Source: a virus
Lineage: Duplodnaviria > Heunggongvirae > Uroviricota > Caudoviricetes
Direction: 5' to 3' (one strand)
Virus record (IMG/VR): IMGVR_UViG_2693429733_000009
Coordinates: 1 to 4,246 of that record
Length of the DNA: 4,246 bases
Part shown: piece by piece, positions 1-4,246 of the stretch
How the letters are laid out: every line of letters begins with the position of its first letter
How positions within the stretch are numbered: position 1 is the stretch's first letter
Program-made: the position numbers and the translations under genes
Notes under the pieces: generated by a model
Told to the model about the DNA's origin: nothing
Databases searched by the model: none
What the model saw: the letters and a program-made list of their open reading frames with translations, nothing else

Positions 1-35
1 GCCAGCGGTAATTGAAGCCTGATAGCTAATTTCAC

Positions 36-458
36 TCACAGTACCGCCTCCTGAAAATCACCCTGATAGAAAGCCGGTACACGCTGCATAACTTCACTCT
101 TCCGGCACTCGCGACAGATTATGTTCTGATGTCTGTCGTAGCGGCGTATTTCTCCGTCTGGTAATGACCAGATAAGGTCCGGATCAACCACAGATGGTTT
201 CTTCAGCTTTGCCCTCGAGAGTTTTTTGCGGGCGTTTTGCCAGTCCTTACGAGCCTGTTCAGACGGGAATAACCCGTAGCCAGAGTTGTATACATCCCCA
301 CTGGCAACCAGCTCTCTGGCGAGAACGCTTATTAAATATCTTGTCGCCCCGGTTTTAGCTTCCAGTTGTCGTAACGTCTCGCGCCCACTCTGGCGTACGA
401 GTTCAACAACCTGCCCCTTAATTTTTTCCCGCTCTTCCTGTGTAAATACTTTTGCCAT
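36..458 (-). CDS. Small helix-turn-helix protein (~140 aa), function unknown; sits where ren/nin-region genes lie in lambdoid phages
   Basis: ORF 36..473 opens with TTG at 473; the better start is ATG 458..456 (MAKVFTQEE...), stop at 38..36. HTH-like segment ETLRQLEAKTGATRYLISVLARE. The first 141 nt recur as diverged paralog fragments at 2267..2407 and 2851..2989, with ~9 synonymous changes and 1 amino-acid change (I to M), which argues for a real coding gene. A faint resemblance of the C-terminal CRECRKSEVMQRV to the lambda Ren C-terminus is from memory only and unverified. Confidence 0.6.
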   Translation of the reverse strand: MAKVFTQEEREKIKGQVVELVRQSGRETLRQLEAKTGATRYLISVLARELVASGDVYNSGYGLFPSEQARKDWQNARKKLSRAKLKKPSVVDPDLIWSLPDGEIRRYDRHQNIICRECRKSEVMQRVPAFYQGDFQEAVL

Positions 459-473
459 AAGCGCCCCCGGCAA

Positions 474-1199
474 TCACTTTTCCGACACAATACGACCGGA
501 GGAATCGACAATCTGTCGAACAATATCCCGGTGCTTGTTCAGCTCCCGCAACGCGGCGCAGACACGCTCCCACTTCTGGACATGACTTTTCGCCCGACGC
601 AGTTCGCGGTTTGCCATATGCAGCGATGGTAAAACCAGGTCATCCGCTTGCGTTTCGGTGAACGATGGCAACGACTGCACAATGTCCGCCACAGTTTCTG
701 TTTTAATTTCTTCCTGTGTTGCAGCTTCCTGTACCGGTAACGCAACACCTGCTGGCTGAGGAAAGACTTTACCATCCGTTTCCGCTATGGATGCGGCTTT
801 CGGCTCTGCCGGTAAATCAGCGCCCGGTATGCAGTACCGAAATTTACCGCCCTGATTCACGCGAATCAGACGCCCTTTGCTGATTGCCATGGCCAGCGAT
901 GAATTCGCCCGGCGGGAGGTAATCCCGAACATCAGTGCCAGCTCATCCGCCGTTTGTGGGCCATGTTGTTCAATCGCCTCAGTCAGCATTTGCGCTGTCA
1001 CTTTCGGTACCGGTGACACTGGTTCACTTTCACCAGCCTGAATCAGCCACCACATCGAACCCTTGTTATCCGCTTCACCACGGCGCTTCAGTTTCCACAG
1101 TTCGTTGACCGCATCTTCACGGCTGATTCCAAGGCGGGACGCCACCACATGTGAAGAGGCTCTTTTCAGTGCTTTCAGTGCGTCAAATACAGTTTCCAT
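474..1199 (-). CDS. Prophage protein of unknown function, 241 aa, with two winged-helix-like segments and an acidic low-complexity linker
   Basis: ORF 474..1217 (TTG at 1217); preferred start ATG 1199..1197, preceded by GGAGG at 1212..1208 with an 8-nt spacer. It begins 22 nt after the DnaC-like stop. Candidate HTH stretches: [21 protein letters not shown] and [26 protein letters not shown]. No family assigned with certainty. Confidence 0.65.
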   Translation of the reverse strand: METVFDALKALKRASSHVVASRLGISREDAVNELWKLKRRGEADNKGSMWWLIQAGESEPVSPVPKVTAQMLTEAIEQHGPQTADELALMFGITSRRANSSLAMAISKGRLIRVNQGGKFRYCIPGADLPAEPKAASIAETDGKVFPQPAGVALPVQEAATQEEIKTETVADIVQSLPSFTETQADDLVLPSLHMANRELRRAKSHVQKWERVCAALRELNKHRDIVRQIVDSSGRIVSEK

Positions 1200-1220
1200 T
1201 AAAACATCCTCCAACAAAAA

Positions 1221-1967
1221 TTACTTCACAACTCCCGGAAAGCTGACATTTGAACGCCAGCTATCCCAGTTAAACGTCACCCACCGACAACCGTTCATGG
1301 TCATGCGGTCCATAATCCTCTCACCAAGAAGCGTGCTCATTGCGGCATGATTCAGGTTTGTTAACATCCCGACACTGCACAGTGATGCTGTCCGGCGATC
1401 AATTATCTGGTGCAATACCACCTGCTCGTTTTTCGTCTCCCGCTGAATGCCTATTTCATCCAGGACCAGCAAATCAACCCCGCAAAGCTCCTGTAAAAAT
1501 TTTTCACCGGATTTGCCGTTGTCGTAGCTGTCATGCAACACGCTCATGACATCAGACACGGTGACGATAATCACGCTGCGCCCCTTCGCCATCAGCCAGT
1601 TACCCATCGCCGCTGCAAGGTGATTTTTCCCGGTGCCGGTTTTACCGCTGAACACAAAATTCGTGCACCCGGTCATCAGTTCGTCAGCTATGGATTTGGC
1701 CTGGCTCAGCGCGTATTTTTGCCCGTCGTTCTGCACCTGATAATTCGCAAACGAGCATTTGCTGTGCAGAGGCTGGATGCCCGAACGATTCAGGATTTTT
1801 TCCACCCGCAACTGGCGATTCTGGCGGTTAATCTCCTCGCTGCGTTTTCGTCCTTCAGCAAGTTGCCATTCCCGCCACTCCTCCACCGTCCGGTACGGTG
1901 GAACCGCCCCCTGTGGTGCAAGTCTGTGAATACGTTCAAGAACCCCGGCTGCCGCAATGTTTTTCAT
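1221..1967 (-). CDS. DnaC-like replicative helicase loader (AAA+ ATPase), in the lambda P-equivalent position
   Basis: 248-aa ORF, ATG 1967..1965, stop TAA 1223..1221. Walker A FSGKTGTGKNHLAAA and Walker B DLLVLDEIG. Clear end-to-end similarity to E. coli DnaC as recalled (NRSGI.PLH..CSF.NY, MLTN, LGERIMDRM, FNWDSWRS). Start lies 6 nt after the stop of the truncated initiator copy at 1974, with a GGGGGTGA Shine-Dalgarno overlapping that copy's end. Confidence 0.93.
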   Translation of the reverse strand: MKNIAAAGVLERIHRLAPQGAVPPYRTVEEWREWQLAEGRKRSEEINRQNRQLRVEKILNRSGIQPLHSKCSFANYQVQNDGQKYALSQAKSIADELMTGCTNFVFSGKTGTGKNHLAAAMGNWLMAKGRSVIIVTVSDVMSVLHDSYDNGKSGEKFLQELCGVDLLVLDEIGIQRETKNEQVVLHQIIDRRTASLCSVGMLTNLNHAAMSTLLGERIMDRMTMNGCRWVTFNWDSWRSNVSFPGVVK

Positions 1968-1973
1968 GCCACA

Positions 1974-2255
1974 TCACCCCCTGAATCCCGGCGGAATTTC
2001 GGTATCCGGTTCAGAAATATGATTCACACAACGCTGGTTGTTCGTGCCGCTTACCGGGAGCAACCAGGGGTTTTCAAAATTCCGGTCCGGCCCAAAAAAC
2101 GTCGTCGCTCGCTGAACAAATTCCGTTCCCGTTTTCCCGGTAGCCGCCAGGTATCTCGCGTAACGCCTCACACCATCCAGCATGGTCTCTGGTGGCACCC
2201 CCTCGCGCAATCTGGCCTTCCAGGCACTGAATGCGGATTTCTTCGGGTTTGCCCC
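1974..2255 (-). pseudogene. Truncated copy of the replication-initiator C-terminal domain (copy A, 282 bp, cut off by the N run)
   Basis: Collinear with 3030..3311 without indels. ORF 1974..2210 encodes ...MLDGVRRYARYLAATGKTGTEFVQRATTFFGPDRNFENPWLLPVSGTNNQRCVNHISEPDTEIPPGFRG, stop TGA 1976..1974. Upstream end abuts the 11-N run. Confidence 0.6.
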
Positions 2256-2266
2256 NNNNNNNNNNN
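2256..2266. other. Run of 11 N (assembly gap or masked bases)
   Basis: Literal n characters in the sequence, joining an initiator 3' fragment to a fragment of the 5' end of a paralog of the 36..458 gene. Confidence 0.99.
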
Positions 2267-2407
2267 GGCAAGAACGCTCATCAGATATCTTGTTGCCCCA
2301 GTTTTAGCTTCCAGTTGTCGTAACGTCTCGCGCCCACTCTGGCGTACGAGTTCAACAACCTGTCCTTTAATTTTTTCCCGCTCTTCTTGTGTAAAAACTT
2401 TTGCCAC
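2267..2407 (-). pseudogene. 5' fragment (first ~46 codons) of a paralog of the 36..458 gene, cut off by the N run
   Basis: GTG start 2407..2405, preceded by GGAGGG. Encodes MAKVFTQEEREKIKGQVVELVRQSGRETLRQLEAKTGATRYLMSVLA. Collinear with 318..458. Confidence 0.55.
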
Positions 2408-2447
2408 AAGCCCTCCTGAAAATTACCTCATGACCAGAAATTAACAC

Positions 2448-2829
2448 TTACCCCCTGAAGCCCGGCGGAATTTCGTTATCCGGTTCAGAAATATGATTCA
2501 CACAACGCTGGTTGTTCGTGCCGCTTACCGGGAGCAACCAGGGGTTCTCAAAATTCCGGTCCGGTCCAAAAAACGTCGTCGCTCGCTGAACAAATTCCGT
2601 TCCCGCTTTCCCGGTCGCCGCCAGGTATCTCGCGTAACGCCTCACACCATCCAGCATGGTCTCTGGTGGCACCCCCTCGCGCAATCTGGCCTTCCAGGCA
2701 CTGAATGCGGATTTCTTCGGGTTTGCCCCGGCACGCAACGGGTATTCCCGCCAGACCTGTTCGAACACATCCGGATAATCCACTCGTCCCACAGGCTGCC
2801 CGGTGTTTTCCGGGGCTACCCGATCGGCT
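2448..2829 (-). pseudogene. Truncated copy of the replication-initiator C-terminal domain (copy B, 382 bp, cut off by the N run)
   Basis: Collinear with 3030..3411 with 11 substitutions and no indels. Encodes ...VDYPDVFEQVWREYPLRAGANPKKSAFSAWKARLREGVPPETMLDGVRRYARYLAATGKAGTEF...PPGFRG, stop TAA 2450..2448. Confidence 0.6.
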
Positions 2830-2850
2830 NNNNNNNNNNNNNNNNNNNNN
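2830..2850. other. Run of 21 N (assembly gap or masked bases)
   Basis: Literal n characters, joining an initiator 3' fragment to a fragment of the 5' end of a paralog of the 36..458 gene. Confidence 0.99.
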
Positions 2851-2989
2851 CAAGAACGCTCATCAGATATCTTGTTGCCCCAGTTTTAGCTTCCAGTTGT
2901 CGTAACGTCTCGCGCCCACTCTGGCGTACGAGTTCAACAACCTGTCCTTTAATTTTTTCCCGCTCTTCTTGTGTAAAAACTTTTGCCAC
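2851..2989 (-). pseudogene. 5' fragment of a paralog of the 36..458 gene, cut off by the N run
   Basis: GTG start 2989..2987, preceded by GGAGGG. Identical to the 2269..2407 copy. The 40-bp intergenic stretch 2990..3029 matches 2408..2447. Confidence 0.55.
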
Positions 2990-3029
2990 AAGCCCTCCTG
3001 AAAATTACCTCATGACCAGAAATTAACAC

Positions 3030-3698
3030 TTACCCCCTGAAGCCCGGCGGAATTTCGTTATCCGGTTCAGAAATATGATTCACACAACGCTGGTTGTTCG
3101 TGCCGCTTACCGGGAGCAACCAGGGGTTTTCAAAATTCCGGTCCGGCCCAAAAAACGTCGTCGCTCGCTGAACAAATTCCGTTCCCGTTTTCCCGGTAGC
3201 CGCCAGGTATCTTGCGTAACGCCTCACACCATCCAGCATGGCCTCTGGTGGCACCCCCTCGCGTAATCTGGCCTTCCAGGCACTGAAAGCGGATTTCTTC
3301 GGGTTTGCCCCAGCACGCAACGGGTATTCCCGCCAGACCTGTTCGAACACATCCGGATAATCTACTCGTCCCACAGGCTGCCCGGTGTTTTCCGGGACTA
3401 CCCGATCGGCTTCCCGCTGAATGGCGGAATCGGCTTCAGGCTGCTGCAGTTGGTGTGATTGCTCCGGCCTTGCGGTCATCACCTGCTGCACAGCGCCCGA
3501 ATCGGCTTTCAGCGCATACGCTGAATCGGCTTCCGGTGTCGTGCCTGCTGGCTGACCAAGATTGACGGTCTGAACATCCCCTGCCTGGTTCGTGGCGTTT
3601 TTTACGCCATGGACCATAGTGTTTTGATCTTCTTNTATCTGTCGTGACTCGTCGTGACATGTGCGTGACATTTCGTGACGCGCCGTGACAATCGCCAT
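3030..3698 (-). CDS. Replication initiator (O-like), C-terminal portion; probably the 3' two-thirds of one gene whose N-terminal domain is in another frame
   Basis: ORF 3030..3698. C-terminal ~115 aa are conserved under purifying selection across three copies. Upstream part is a low-complexity, acidic, linker-like region (EADSA/KADSG/EADSA repeats). Contains one N at 3635. The start is uncertain (ATG 3698 or ATG 3617), or the gene continues from the N-terminal frame. Confidence 0.6.
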   Translation of the reverse strand: MAIVTARHEMSRTCHDESRQIXEDQNTMVHGVKNATNQAGDVQTVNLGQPAGTTPEADSAYALKADSGAVQQVMTARPEQSHQLQQPEADSAIQREADRVVPENTGQPVGRVDYPDVFEQVWREYPLRAGANPKKSAFSAWKARLREGVPPEAMLDGVRRYARYLAATGKTGTEFVQRATTFFGPDRNFENPWLLPVSGTNNQRCVNHISEPDNEIPPGFRG

Positions 3699-4077
3699 TT
3701 TGTTCCCGCTTTCTTTCCCTCTCTCGCTGCGCCCTCTTGCGCTCTGCAGGAGATTTTGCGGTTTGCGAAATATTGCCGTTGTCCTCTTTAAGCACCTGGC
3801 GTTTTTCCCATCCAGTGATTAAATCACCATCAAGTACCCGCCCCTGCATCGTCTGCAAAATTGAATCAATTACCTCTTCTGTCACGTCGAGCGCACTTGC
3901 CAAATCTTCTGTCGTGACATCAATGTGACCTCGCGTGACATTTCGTGACGCGCTCACCAGGAGGTGGATATACACTGCCATCACTGTTGCAATTGGCTGC
4001 CCTGACACCCTGGCAATTGTTCGCCACTTAGGGTCATTTGGCATGTCATGCCATAATCTGAGCCAAGCGTTAGCCAT
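3436..4077 (-). CDS. Replication initiator, N-terminal replisome-organizer-like DNA-binding domain; only roughly 3690..4077 is credibly coding in this frame, and the Arg-rich tail to 3436 is probably out of frame
   Basis: ORF 3436..4083 (GTG at 4083); preferred start ATG 4077..4075 with GAGGTG 3 nt upstream. N-terminus AWLRLWHDMPNDPKWRTIARVSGQPIATVMAVYIHLL fits the W.(K/R)L...DPK pattern of phage replisome-organizer N-terminal domains (from memory). Lies directly upstream of the DnaC-like loader module. Confidence 0.6.
   Translation of the reverse strand: MANAWLRLWHDMPNDPKWRTIARVSGQPIATVMAVYIHLLVSASRNVTRGHIDVTTEDLASALDVTEEVIDSILQTMQGRVLDGDLITGWEKRQVLKEDNGNISQTAKSPAERKRAQRERERKREQNGDCHGASRNVTHMSRRVTTDXRRSKHYGPWRKKRHEPGRGCSDRQSWSASRHDTGSRFSVCAESRFGRCAAGDDRKAGAITPTAAA
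3641..3690. repeat. Iteron-like array 1: five direct CGTGAC repeats at about 10.5-bp spacing, a candidate replication origin inside the initiator gene
   Basis: CGTGAC at 3643, 3653, 3664, 3674 and 3684 (spacings 10, 11, 10, 10). Flanked at 3611..3640 by a stretch of about 65% A+T. Sits at the boundary between the N- and C-terminal domains of the initiator. Confidence 0.6.
3911..3953. repeat. Iteron-like array 2: four direct (C/T)GTGAC repeats at 10-11 bp spacing, plus one inverted copy (GTCACG) at 3881..3886
   Basis: CGTGAC at 3913, 3934 and 3944, TGTGAC at 3924. The 21-mer gcgtgacatttcgtgacgcgc at 3933..3953 is identical to 3663..3683 in array 1. Confidence 0.55.
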
Positions 4078-4151
4078 ACTCACCTCTTCTGATACCGAAT
4101 CTTTTTACTCACGAGTTGCCGGAAGCGATTCGATATGGCTATTGTCAGTCA

Positions 4152-4246
4152 ATGTACTGCCACAGCATTTCCTGCCGGGCCACCACGGTTCATCTGATTG
4201 AAACCGGCGATTGCCACTGCGACAAAATCATCAGCGTCTCTCACCA
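4152..4246 (-). CDS. Possible 3' end of an upstream early gene (partial, only 31 codons visible)
   Basis: The only open minus-strand frame at the window edge: ...VRDADDFVAVAIAGFNQMNRGGPAGNAVAVH, stop TGA 4151..4149. Too short to identify. Confidence 0.2.

Larger units (their letters stand above)
1968..3029. repeat. Two tandem direct-repeat units (1968..2447 and 2448..3029), each made of initiator 3' end, N gap, paralog-gene 5' end and a 40-bp intergenic stretch; a third initiator-3' copy is the 3' end of the intact gene (3030..3411)
   Basis: Direct comparison of the three copies: 97-100% identity over 282-382 bp, with both units interrupted by N runs. Confidence 0.9.

Noticed and set aside
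286-1549. Small ORFs 286..585 (+), 332..523 (-), 539..775 (-), 1063..1350 (+) and 1340..1549 (+)
   Set aside because: Each overlaps a better-supported minus-strand gene either antisense or out of frame. None has a ribosome-binding site or recognisable motif.
1533-2444. Longest plus-strand ORF (303 aa)
   Set aside because: It is antisense to the DnaC-like gene, whose Walker A and B motifs mark the true frame. It is Arg/Pro-rich, runs through an N gap (X residues) and has no recognisable domain, so it is a shadow ORF.
2493-3026. Plus-strand ORFs 2493..3026, 2705..2905, 3075..3266 and 3305..3565
   Set aside because: All are antisense to the conserved initiator C-terminal domain copies. They are repeated only because the underlying DNA is repeated, are Arg-rich, and two contain N-derived X residues.
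1968-3029. CRISPR array
   Set aside because: The repeat period is 480-582 bp of protein-coding sequence, not 25-40 bp repeats with unique spacers.
1968-3029. Insertion sequence or transposon causing the duplication
   Set aside because: There is no transposase ORF, no terminal inverted repeats and no target-site duplication. Unit boundaries coincide with gene junctions and N runs.
1968-3411. Diversity-generating retroelement (template and variable repeats at a gene 3' end)
   Set aside because: The copy differences are mostly transitions at synonymous sites rather than adenine-specific substitutions. No reverse transcriptase gene is in the window.
3436-3690. Arg-rich C-terminal tail of ORF 3436..4083 as a real protein sequence
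   Set aside because: The composition is typical of an out-of-frame read through GC-rich coding DNA. The overlapping frame of ORF 3030..3698 encodes the conserved domain that is under purifying selection in three copies.
3737-4201. Plus-strand ORFs 3737..3928 and 3935..4201
   Set aside because: They are antisense to the initiator N-terminal domain and its upstream spacer and have no ribosome-binding site; the open frame is likely a chance effect of the repeat arrays.

Overview
This window reads as the replication module of a lambdoid-type prophage (enterobacterial style), with every credible gene on the minus strand, so phage early-right transcription runs from high to low coordinates. I see no novel defence or other undescribed system here; the notable signals are a gapped repeat structure and origin-like iterons.

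Gene order along the minus strand:
- 4077..3030: a replication-initiator (lambda O-position) gene with a replisome-organizer-like N-terminus. It is split between two reading frames and carries two arrays of CGTGAC direct repeats at about 10.5-bp spacing, the likely origin iterons.
- 3029..1968: two tandem units (582 bp and 480 bp), each holding a truncated copy of the initiator 3' end, a run of N (21 and 11), and a copy of the first ~140 nt of a paralog of the 36..458 gene.
- 1967..1221: a DnaC-like helicase loader with intact Walker A and B motifs, translationally coupled to the last initiator copy.
- 1199..474: a 241-aa protein of unknown function.
- 458..36: a ~140-aa helix-turn-helix protein.

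The repeat units differ from the intact genes at about 3% of sites, almost all synonymous. That pattern indicates paralogous prophage alleles stitched across assembly gaps (a collapsed-repeat or scaffolding artefact), or less likely a real duplication, rather than anything DGR- or CRISPR-like.

All functional calls rest on reading the translated ORFs and on family resemblance from memory; no database search was run.
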